A DNA stretch of 21,437 nucleotides. Origin: Paramicrosporidium saccamoebae KSL3 (Eukaryota; Fungi; Cryptomycota). Shown one piece after another: positions 1-9,314 of the stretch. The stretch is taken from contig MTSL01000125.1 of NCBI GenBank assembly GCA_002794465.1, positions 1-21,437 of the forward strand. The letters run 5' to 3'. The notes beneath the pieces are model-generated. The model was given only the letters and a program-made list of their open reading frames with translations. It had not been told where the DNA came from and searched no databases. A program made the position numbers and the translations under genes. The stretch's first letter is position 1. Each line of letters begins with the position of its first letter.

Positions 1-62
1 CTTTCATGTTACATTGTTAAACCCATTACACAGCTTCACAATTTTAACTCGCGTATGTACAT

Positions 63-1073
63 TTATTCGGATGTTTCTGAATCAGAGATTATGTCTGGAG
101 TTAATTGTTCGATCGGTTTCAAAGATAGTAGTAGACTTTCTAAAAGCGTGTCCATATCAATGCTTCGATGGTTTCGGACTCGTTTCCGCAACAATTGGAA
201 GCGACTCCGTAGCATTCCGTGATGGAAAAAGGTTGTCCAGCCATCGTCCATCAACTCGCGCCATATAATCTCACTCTCGTGTTCTACACCCAGTTCGTAT
301 AACCGAGTAATCAGATAATATTCTAGCTCTGGCGTCCACACTGGTCGTTGGCCTTTGTTGTTCAACTGCATTTCAAGGGAAATCCATTTCAGCTGACACT
401 GAGTGACAGAGCGCGTGGCAACCATCTCACTGACAAGCAGCCAGCAAGGACGTCCGTCGCTTTGCCGACGCACTTGGAGGACGGCGTTTTGGAGACGGAC
501 GAGTTCATCTTCCGTCCATGGGCCTGTGCTGCCGCGGCCACGGAAAAGCTTGAAACGATCGCGACAGGACATGCCATATCGGCCCATAACAAGTCCGATA
601 GCTTCCCAGTCAGGCCCGTGTATTTGGAACAGTCTTTTCAGTTCTGCATCCTGCTCGTCGTTCCACTTACCACGCATATTTCCCGGATGGTACATTCGTC
701 GCATACACTGATACACTAGCAAAATGGGCCGTCCGTCGAGTTTTTGTGCCACCGTCCGGAACACTTCTTTGAACCGGTCATCTGAATAGACTTCTTTGCT
801 CTGGCGCTTCTTTAAGAAGAAAGCTTCCAAGAAATCCTGGTGGGTCAAGCCTCGCTCAGCGAGGTAGTTGCCAAGAGCGTCACGAATAGTACTCTTCTCA
901 GCGTCGCTAAACTTGCCGCGTTTAAAGCGCTTTCCTGACGAACGTTCGATTTCGCGAAGACTCTCCACCGTAAGCCAGCGAGACGCAAACAAATCGCGTA
1001 GTTCGGCAATCTCTGCGGGTGTTGGTTTTTGACGTCTCTTTGGTATGCTTTGATCTACTGAAGAGACTGTCAT
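63..1073 (-). CDS. Reb1/Nsi1/TTF1/DMTF1-family Myb DNA-binding protein (336 aa, essentially the DNA-binding region only)
   Basis: Uninterrupted ATG-initiated ORF. Myb-associated segment KRGKFSDAEKSTIRDALGNYL, then Trp-spaced Myb repeats RGKWNDEQDAELKRLFQIHGPDWEAIGLVMGRYGMSCRDRF and GPWTEDELVRL...CWLLVSEMVATRSVTQCQLKW, then WTPELEYYLITRLYELGVEHESEIIW, matching the Reb1/TTF1 arrangement. Confidence 0.85.
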   Translation of the reverse strand: MTVSSVDQSIPKRRQKPTPAEIAELRDLFASRWLTVESLREIERSSGKRFKRGKFSDAEKSTIRDALGNYLAERGLTHQDFLEAFFLKKRQSKEVYSDDRFKEVFRTVAQKLDGRPILLVYQCMRRMYHPGNMRGKWNDEQDAELKRLFQIHGPDWEAIGLVMGRYGMSCRDRFKLFRGRGSTGPWTEDELVRLQNAVLQVRRQSDGRPCWLLVSEMVATRSVTQCQLKWISLEMQLNNKGQRPVWTPELEYYLITRLYELGVEHESEIIWRELMDDGWTTFFHHGMLRSRFQLLRKRVRNHRSIDMDTLLESLLLSLKPIEQLTPDIISDSETSE

Positions 1074-1466
1074 GGCGAGGGTGGCTGGAGGCTGCAGGGG
1101 CGGGCGAGGAGGGTATGAGTAAAACGGGCAGTATCGGGCAATGTTTGGCGGTATAGGAAAGGGATTATTATGGAGATGATCAGACTACCGTCATGATTTG
1201 ATGCAAACTAATACTGGTTGTTTGTAATGTCTCTACAGCCTACGTACAAGAGTAACGGGGGCAAGTTTTATCAAATACTGGCCTCATTTTATAGGACCAA
1301 CCACTTTTACAGTTATACATTAGACGTAACTGAAGGATCTGGCACGTCTCGCCAACATTTCTCAGTCTGCAAAGAGTTATTGGGTGGCATGGCCAGTTGT
1401 GTGGGATAGACGGCTTTGCTTTTATTTGATTGGCCACAGCCTCCCTGATTTGTTGGTAGTGGCAGG

Positions 1467-2761
1467 ATGGGGAAATGCTTCTCCAAGAGCAAGGACGCTG
1501 ATGAGGGACCATGTACACTTGCGTTCTGACTAACATTTAGTAAGTCTCCGCCACTTTGACCTGCTGAGATCTGTGGGTCGTGGTGCCTTTGGAAAGGTAG
1601 CGTTCTACTTTGCTGTTGACGCGTAGGTACGCATAGTGCGGAAACGATCCGACAAGGCCCTCTATGCCATGAAATACATTAATAAGGAGAAATGTATTAA
1701 CCAGAAGGCGGTGAAGAATACCATCTTTGAGCGCAACTTGCTTGTGGACCTTGAGCATCCGCTGATTGTCAATTTGCGGTACTCTTTCCAGGATGACGAG
1801 AACATGTTTATGGTGCTCGACCTGATGCTTGGCGGGGATTTAAAGTACCACTTGCAGCAGACGGGGGCCTTTCCCGAGGATGCGGTGCGGTTGTATGCGG
1901 CAGAGATGGTGTGTTCAGTTGACTATTTGCACACCCAGGGCGTCGTACATCGTGATATTAAGCCAGACAACTTGCTTCTTGATGAAAAGGGACACGTCCA
2001 TCTGACTGATTTTAATGTTGCCACCTATCTGCCCGAGGATGGCTCTCAGCTCCACTCCTTCTCCGGGACAGTCACATATATGGGTACGAATGATATTTGA
2101 TTATTCATCTTTAGCGCCCGAAGTGATTCTGAGACATGGATATCGTGACGAGGTGGACTGGTGGAGCATGGGGGTTGTGTTGTTTGAGTTGCTGTTTGGA
2201 AAACGACCGTTCCGTGGCAAAAATGCCAAGGAGGTAGCCAGTCGCATCTGCAAAGGCCCTCTCCAGTTTCCCGCATCCCGCGAAGTCTCGGAAGAGTGCT
2301 ATGATTTTATTGCAAAGCTACTAAAGAAGGACTCTACAGAGAGATTGGGCTGTGGACCTAAGGGTGTGGATAACATAAAGGCTCACCCGTTCTTAAAGGG
2401 CATTGACTGGAGCCTGGTTCCTGAAAAGCAACTCCGTCCCGTCTTTGCTCCCGATCCGGAACGACCCAACTTTAATGCCATGTTTGAAGCCGAAGACATT
2501 CTCATGGAGGACAAGCCGCTGAAAAAGAACCGAAAGACCATGCTTGTCAAGGAGCCGACTACGGACGATGAGCGGTACATCCAGGAGGACTTTAAGGTGT
2601 TTGACTTTAAATTACGGGAAGACGTTGCAAATCGCGAGGAGCTCGTGCGAGAATCGATGGCGTTGGAAAAGGCTCAGGAAAATGGTCCTAGTCGTCTTTC
2701 AATGTTACCTGTGGCTTCTACGATGCAGGACCAAGAGCTCGATGACTCTAAAGAGTCTTAG
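1467..2761 (+). CDS. STK32: STK32/YANK-family AGC Ser/Thr kinase (401 aa, 4 exons)
   Basis: Exons 1467-1512, 1541-1596, 1627-2083, 2115-2761; GT..TAG introns 1513-1540, 1597-1626, 2084-2114. Spliced product MGKCFSK...HFDLLRSVGRGAFGKVRIV...YAMKYINK...YSFQDDENMFMVLDLMLGGDLKYHL...HRDIKPDN...TDFNVAT...YMAPE. DFN in place of DFG is the STK32 hallmark. Confidence 0.88.
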
Positions 2762-2778
2762 CCTGTCGGATTACGAGT

Positions 2779-2885
2779 CTGGAATTGCAAAAGACAAGGA
2801 TTCGGGAATGTAGATTCAACTTTTAAAGGACAAAATTTTGGGTGCAGATTCAACTCTAAGGACAAAATCTGGAATGTAGACTTGA
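2779..2885. repeat. Degenerate ~32-34 bp tandem repeat downstream of STK32
   Basis: TGTAGATTCAACTTTTAAAGGACAAAATTTTGGG (2809) and TGCAGATTCAACTCTAAGGACAAAATCTGGAA (2843), a partial TGTAGAC (2875), and a degenerate unit before 2809. Confidence 0.7.
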
Positions 2886-3016
2886 TTTGTAAATAAACCG
2901 AGACAAGTGGTGTTTAGTGTATATTCACCTCGAGGACAAGCTTCCCCATATGGGACAGACCAAGAATCAAAAACCCACTTTGTTACGATAAATACAATAA
3001 CTTAAAAGTTAGGGTC

Positions 3017-3420
3017 ATGAGCTCGATAGGTGTCCCTGTAAAGCTGCTGTATGAAGCGCAAGGCTTGATAATCAGTGTGGAGCTCGAGACGGGCCAGCTG
3101 TACCGCGGAAAGCTGTGCGGCATCGAAGACAACCTTAATCTTCAGCTGCGCGAAGTGACCGTCACGCACCGGGACGGCCACACGACCGCCGCCGAGCAGG
3201 TCTTTTTGCGCGGCAGTCACATCCGCTTTGTAGTCCTTCCAGACAACTTGCGGCATGCGCCCATGTTCCGGAATTTCGGAAAGCGAGGAAGTAGGGGGCT
3301 GGGGATGGGAAAGGCGCGAGTGGAGGTTGCAAGAGCCCAAGCCTGTAAGTTGAAAAGCGTGATGTGTTAATCTTTTTAGTGAGAGGAGGAAAATCTGGAC
3401 TGGGCCCGCAGCGTCGATAA
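3017..3420 (+). CDS. SMD3: Small nuclear ribonucleoprotein Sm D3 (122 aa, 2 exons)
   Basis: MSSIGVPVKLLYEAQGLIISVELETGQLYRGKL...EQVFLRGSHIRFVVLPDNLRHAPMF is the SmD3 signature. Intron 3345-3379 (GTAAGT..TTAAT..TTTAG, 35 nt); exon 2 gives LRGGKSGLGPQRR*. Confidence 0.95.
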
Positions 3421-3610
3421 TCATCAATAAAGCTGCCAATAGTGTAGCGGTGTGATTAGCAGATAGAGCAGATAGGGGTGGATCCCGCAGTACCGTTGTA
3501 ATACCGCAGTATCACTGTAGAGTCGCTTTAGGGTACCATTGTAATTTTATCATCGTGAGCTTATGGACTTTAAATCCTCCTTCCTGAGTTATGCCTCTAT
3601 TCGGATTTTA

Positions 3611-3961
3611 TTATACTCTCTTCAAACTATTTCCAAGATAAAAGTCGTTCGTACCACATCCGCCAGCGGCGTTTGCCTCTTCCAACGTATATGGCTTTGT
3701 CTTTAGCTCACGCAGTCTCTTTTTGTGCGGCTTGGTCTTGTTATGCTCGTCCAGCACTTCCTGGCTGATAAAGAAGCGACTGCATTCGACACACTGAAAC
3801 TGTCCGCCTCCAGGGAGGTCTTCGTCAAACTCGACTTGGCGACGTCCTGTATCAATGTCCTCGACGATCTGGTCAAGGTCCTTTGTCCGCTTGCGGAGAC
3901 GGTTCTTCTTGGAGAGCTCCTTGCGGGCCTTGTGCGTCCTGGAACGGCGATAGATTCCCAT
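3611..3961 (-). CDS. BUD20: Bud20/ZNF593 C2H2 zinc-finger pre-60S factor (116 aa)
   Basis: First ATG at 3961. RKRTKDLDQI...FDEDLPGGGQFQCVECSRFF...EHNKTKPHKKRLRELKTKPYTLEEA matches Bud20/ZNF593. The ORF-track extension to 4195 is non-ATG read-through across the tRNA. Confidence 0.92.
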   Translation of the reverse strand: MGIYRRSRTHKARKELSKKNRLRKRTKDLDQIVEDIDTGRRQVEFDEDLPGGGQFQCVECSRFFISQEVLDEHNKTKPHKKRLRELKTKPYTLEEANAAGGCGTNDFYLGNSLKRV

Positions 3962-4102
3962 GGCCACGATAAAACGGACCCCCGGGAACGGCTCGAATCC
4001 GAATATCAATATTCGCCACCATGAAATATATTCAAAGAAACAGTTGTACTCCCAAACAATAGCGTGTATCTGCGTGTGTTCATCTACACTTCTCTTTTGG
4101 GC

Positions 4103-4128
4103 AAAAATAAGAGAGCCATCTCTCTCTT
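4103..4128 (-). terminator. Probable Pol III terminator (T5) preceded by a 7-bp hairpin in the tRNA trailer
   Basis: Minus strand downstream of the tRNA reads AAGAGAG-AGATGG-CTCTCTT-A-TTTTT; the T5 run is at 4103-4107, about 30 nt after the tRNA 3' end. Confidence 0.5.
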
Positions 4129-4137
4129 GCGAGTAAT

Positions 4138-4209
4138 TGCGTTGGCCGGGAATCGAACCCGGATCCCATGCTTGGAAGGCATGGATGCTAACCATTATAC
4201 CACCAACGC
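4138..4209 (-). tRNA. tRNA-Gly (anticodon TCC), intronless, no encoded CCA
   Basis: Reverse complement GCGTTGG TGGTATAATGGTTAGCATC CATGC CTTCCAA GCATG GGAT CCGGG TTCGATT CCCGG CCAACGC A: 7-bp acceptor stem, 5-bp anticodon stem with TCC (4174-4176), canonical T-arm GGTTCGATTCC. Confidence 0.97.
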
Positions 4210-4241
4210 TACGTACAGTAAAAAAATATTAATTACAATAA

Positions 4242-7200
4242 TTAAATTAACGCTACAGCGTTCTGGAGATCAGAGGATAGATGAGGGAGTATCTTTGACT
4301 TTTCTTTGGAGAATTCGACCATGGCATATTCCAGGAACACATCCAGAGAGTTGATGGCAATTCCTCTCACCTCCTCCACCTTTAAAAGGGCCAACCAGAT
4401 CCTGACGGCCTGCCGCTCAACGGGCAGTAGATGGCGGATCAAAGTGGTGGTAAGAGAGAGGAGGAGAGGAGGAGGGGTGGTGGAGAGTGCAATGCGGGTT
4501 GCGACTTGAAGGATACAGAGCTGCGTCTGCGGAGCGGTAAAGATGAGAGTGCAAAGATCGACGACCTGGGACTGCGTCAGGACGACGTCGCGAAAGAGGG
4601 CGACAAAGACGGAGCTGACTTGGCTGGGATCGGACGTAGTGCTGAGGAATTCTAGAAAGATGATGAGATTGGAGGGAAGGATACTATGGAGAATCTGAAC
4701 CAGGATGGACCAGAGGTCTGTGACGAGATTGGCCACACAGAGAGCATTAATTGCCGACAACAACAGGGACGCCGAACACTTTCCGCGTGACAAGATATTG
4801 GAAAACATGGCAATGGCAAGAGTCTTTACATTAGTATCTTGCAATGACGTCTTAAGGGTGGAAAAGTTGTCAAAAACTGCAGCAAATATGTCCATGTCAT
4901 CAGTGGCGATAAAGTGACGCAACAGTGCGAGCGTAATGTCAGTGGATGAACCAGTCCAGGTAATGAAATCGGACAGCGCTGTAACGCAATGAGACGTGGT
5001 GGATGCCGAAAAGAGAAGCGCAGGGATGGCCGTCTTTAAAGTGGATGTGGATTCCAAGACATTTCGACGAATGGCGGCACTTATAATGGGTGGACATTGA
5101 TCGCGGGTCAATGGATCCAAATCATCTCCAATGAACCGATTGATCATCCGAGGCAAACAGTCGCTCAAAGTACGGTCCAAAACAGTGGATTGGATGGCAG
5201 TGAGGGTCCAACTCGACTTTGACATAAGCAGCCACACTGACGCAGCCACCAGAACGTGTACATAGAGATCAGCAGGCTCCTCCACTTTCCCATTAAGCGT
5301 TTCGATACCCTTGGAAAAAAGAGTGCGTACCTTGGGATGGACACCCCATGACTTTCGTAGCGACTCGAAGCTGACGAGACGGTTGAGGGCGGCATAGGAC
5401 TCTGCGGCGATGACGACATTATCATCAGCACAGGCAGTGGAGTAAATGGTGACGAGTTGGGAGAGATAACTATCCAGGAACAGTAACTCTGCGTCAAGTG
5501 GATCAGGAAGACTGCGACAACCCGTAACCATAGCCGAGGCCAAGCTGAGACCAAGCAATTTGAGCCGTAATGTCCCGACAGTGGCGTTGGAGCCCATAAC
5601 CAGCGCAAGTGATTGACGAATGACATCGGCTGCCAATTGATTGCAAACTTCAGTGGTACAGATGGTGGTGAGTTGATGACCATGGGAACGGAAAAAGAGA
5701 CTGATCATATGGACAACCTTTTCCACTGCAGCCAGCGTGCACAATGGACTTTGGGTTGTCGCCTCGACCAACGACAATTCGCCCAATAGCACAGTGTCCA
5801 TGTCGAGTGATACAACGGAGCCAGAATGGGCCTCCGATACAGTCTTCATAAATGTGGCATCTCGGATCAGAGCCAACCAGACAGACGGATCGTGGATAAA
5901 GTTGCTCTCAAATAACAATTCGGCACAAAAGTCCAAATCGGGGAGGGCGGCGTCGGGATAGAGATTGAGGAGGGAGGCAGTTAGGGCGGGGGTGACAAAT
6001 TGAAGTACAGACGTGCGATGGTATTCGAGGAGCCATTTGAAGCAGCTTAGGGCCTGGCCGCAATTACTTCGACTGCGAAAGGCTTCACAAATGGTTGCCA
6101 ACAGGGCGGACAAGCTTTCGGCTTTTTGACAAATAACAAGAACTTGGGTGGAGGCGTCAAAAAGGACACTCTGCAGGGTCGGATCGCGACTGTCGTACTC
6201 TAAAAACTCGCCAACCATTAGACGACAACATCGCGCTACTGTCGTGTCGCTGTTGAGTTCGGGGCCGAGCATTTCAATCATAACAAGTAATGTGCGAGCC
6301 ACACTGTCCAACAACTGCCTTTCCACTGCAGAATCCACAAACACGGCATTGGGATCGTTCATGTAGATTTGCCAAATCAAATAGATAATATCAGAGGTCA
6401 GTACCGGAGCCACGGCATTGCTACGGGCATCCACAACAGTGTGCAGGGCATTAATGGCTGCTGCCTGCACAATAATGCTGCGCTGATCTTTGGCCAACGA
6501 ACAGAGCAATCCCATCACGGCGGAAATGTCCAATTGCGAGCCATTCTCCGGGACGGCTGCGTACACTGCACCAATTCCTATAATATAGCCCCGTCGATGT
6601 TCCTCTCGTGGCTCATTCAGTGATCGATCGATCAGTTCCTGCAGCATTCCGTCACGAAACTCGCGCGTCTTTACCAGTTGCACCAATTTGCCCAGACATA
6701 CAGTCGCCAGACACTGCAACTCCTTGTCGGCATCACATACAAAGGGGAAAATGACCTGCTTCATAATATCCAACATGAAGGTTTGATCGGATGGCGTTTT
6801 TTTAGCAAAGTCTATTCCGTCCAATAGGCCGCTGACAGTGCGGAAAATGGCCTCTCTAAAGCCGGATGATTTTACGAAAATGTTAAACTGCGACAGATGA
6901 TACTTTTGGCCCGCAATGCTGGTGTTTCGGAAATGGCCGCAGAGGATGCGTCGACAGTCTTCCAGCAATTTCATCGTGTCGGGTGTAGCCTCAATGCTGC
7001 AGATGGCTCGAGAGGTTACAGTCGAGGCAATTTCACATAGTTCATTGGATGTATCCATTAGGGGCAGCGTTGTCGAGCAAAGCAGTTGCAAGTCGGCCCA
7101 CTTGACGCCAATTGCGAGATCATTGACCCGATTACACAGTCGCCATTGATCCACAACAAACTTTAGAATATGGTTGATGAATGCAGTTTCAGTGTCCATG

Positions 7201-9011
7201 GGTGAAGAAGTGGGCACTCGATTGATGGATGCAGGTTTGGTGTTGATGGATGAAAAAGTGGGAACTCGGCTGGTGACTGCAGATTTAGTGTCCACAGATG
7301 AAGAGGTGAGCACTCGATTAATAAATGCCACTTCTCCAATACTGATATCCACTGATGAAATGCTTTCGATGCCTGCTACGTTGGGGCTGGAGATGAGTTT
7401 GGAGACTTCCAGGACATTGATACTGGTCAACAGCGACCCCAAAATCTCCCAGCCGGCATTCTTGACAGTCCGGCATTGTGAAACTTTGAGTATCCCGAGG
7501 GCCCAGTCCCGGATCTGTTCAAAGAGTCCCGCCGAACTGTACAAACAATCGTAGGAATTGTCCATCTTGAACGCCAGCAGAGTGGAGAGAGACCTCGCAT
7601 AGGAGGCAAATGTGGAAAGGCTGGCCGAGGGATCATCAGAGGAAATCAATGTCCAATCGCCCTTTAGTTGGGCAAAGATGGAAAGTAACAAATTGTGCCG
7701 TTTGCTCCCATCGCGCACAATAAGCGGCATGTATTCGGCAACTTTACGGGAGAGACTCTCATTGTTGGCAAAGCGAAGGGGCAAATTCAAAAGTTCCGTG
7801 TCATTGATGCCTAGCACTCCGCTTCGGACGCATTCCAGATAAAACGGACAGGCTGCATTCAGAATATCCTCATCATCCGATTTAAGGAGGGTCTTGACAA
7901 TGGTGGCCAGAGTGGAATGGGGGATGATATCGGGAAGAAATGTCAAAATTGTGGATAAATGCGCGAATGTGATTTTCCAGATCCGCTTCTTGGAATCGGG
8001 GACGATGGCCAACGACATTGAATGTTCCTTGACAATTTCAGTAAAAATCTTTTCCACCTCTTTGGAATAGTTGAGCATCCTGACCAGAATCCGTGCGCCA
8101 AGTTCGGCGGGTTGACGATCAGCAACTTTGGCCCAACTCTCAACCGTTTTTGTGGTCAACTGCGGTTCGCCATTGGGAAGAAAGCAAATCAGTGCCGCCA
8201 TAAGAGTGCATGCTGAATCCTTTTCCTCCTCACAAACACTGGATAAGAGCTCCTGCACCCTCGATTTGACCGATTTTCGTGTAATAGTGCCGAGGGCAAA
8301 TGTGTGGGTAAGCAGGTTGGCAAGGATGAGCATTCCGTTGATCCGGAGTCGGGACGACTTGGACTCGATCAGCGGTATGGCGCATTTCTGGGCCAAATCT
8401 GTTTTGCTGTTACCGAGAAAAACGGTCCCTTTGGTTGTCAATGCAATGAGCCCTTCACTGGCCACCACTGCCACAATAGGACTTGTCATATGGTGGGAGC
8501 ATAATTTGGCAAGACTATTGGAACAGTCTTGTGCCATGGGCAAAAGGACACTGCTAAATTCGGAAAATACTAATCCTGCACATCCCGCAAACACACAGGC
8601 CTGTGGCGTTCCCTTCCCACCCAACAATTTTAATTGCTCCAGCAACCACGCACCGGCAGTGAATGTCTGTCCTACGGGACCGCTGCATAAATAAACGACC
8701 CATAGTCGGGCAAGGGCGGCCCGAAGGGGGGGCGGCTGACACACATCCAAGGCGGTGAGAGTTTTGAGGGTCTCGAAGAATTGGTTCCATCGCGGTGTTC
8801 CTTTGGTCTACAAGTCAATGGTCGCATCGAGAGGTACATCAACTTTGGGGGAGGAGATGAGATGGGCGATGGCGGTACGCAGATATGTCAACATGAGACA
8901 TTGCAACCGAGAGCGCGAATGTACGTCGTTTACTGTGGGACGGAGCCATTCGGCCTGAAAGACTAATGGGTCTTCAAAGACTGGAAGGGCCGGTGATGTC
9001 AGCTTGGCCAT
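4242..9011 (-). CDS. LAA1: Laa1/HEATR5 HEAT-repeat AP-1 accessory protein (~1579 aa, 2 exons)
   Basis: ORFs 8808-9011 and 4242-8750 are in the same frame, joined by removing a 30-nt intron 8808-8837 (GTACCT..TTGAC..TAG). VFQAEWLR and QPPPLRAALARL resemble HEATR5 VFIFEWLR and PGPPTRKLLAK; GYIIGIGAVY..LLCSLAKDQRSIIVQAAAINALHTVVDA resembles the HEATR5 GHSLALGCL..LLALAQD..VQTWSLHSLALIVDS block. Similarity is from recall, not a search. Confidence 0.82.
7174..7360 (-). repeat. In-frame 48-bp (16-aa) tandem repeat inside LAA1, ~3.5 units
   Basis: Plus-strand units start at 7174, 7222, 7270, 7318 (e.g. TTGATGAATGCAGTTTCAGTGTCCATGGGTGAAGAAGTGGGCACTCGA); peptide AFINRVLTSSSVDTKS / AVTSRVPTFSSINTKP / ASINRVPTSSPMDTET / AFINH. 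Confidence 0.8.
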
Positions 9012-9314
9012 TCGTCACAGTCAAAAAGAATTATTCTATTTTAGTTAAGGAGTTAATCGGATGATTATCTGGGGAGAGGGTCAATCGAGGGATTAGTTAA
9101 GAGATTAGTTGAGAGGTCAGTGGAAAAGGTAGTGGTAGATTATGATTGTTGTGAGGTCCAAGTGGAGATTCCTTACTCCAGTCTCTGACCCGTAGTTGTA
9201 CCATCTCACAATTATGGTTATTTGGTTAAACGATAGAGTTTATTAATACGGTGCCTTTAATAAATTTACACTTTTGCTCATCGATATATTCTATTGGAAT
9301 CTCTACGCTATACA

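Noticed and set aside
1079-1113. Four G3+ tracts upstream of the Myb gene (possible G-quadruplex)
   Set aside because: One loop is 15 nt; the tracts are equally explained by a C-rich 5' leader on the minus strand.
3625-3655. Possible 28-nt GTACGA..ATAG intron near the BUD20 3' end
   Set aside because: The unspliced GGCGTND resembles the usual Bud20/ZNF593 tail and there is no clear branch motif; unresolved without RNA data.
3962-4195. N-terminal extension of BUD20 shown in the ORF track
   Set aside because: It has a non-ATG start and is a translation of the tRNA-Gly gene and spacer; homology begins at the ATG at 3961.
8808-8810. Single in-frame TAG between two LAA1 ORFs, suggesting readthrough or TAG reassignment
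   Set aside because: It is the acceptor of a 30-nt GTACCT..TTGAC..TAG intron with the same donor as the mnmA intron, and TAG ends STK32, SPC3, BUR1 and paralog A normally.
9040-9140. Short GATTAGTT/GAGAGG reiterations upstream of LAA1
   Set aside because: Too degenerate to define a unit; likely low-complexity promoter DNA.
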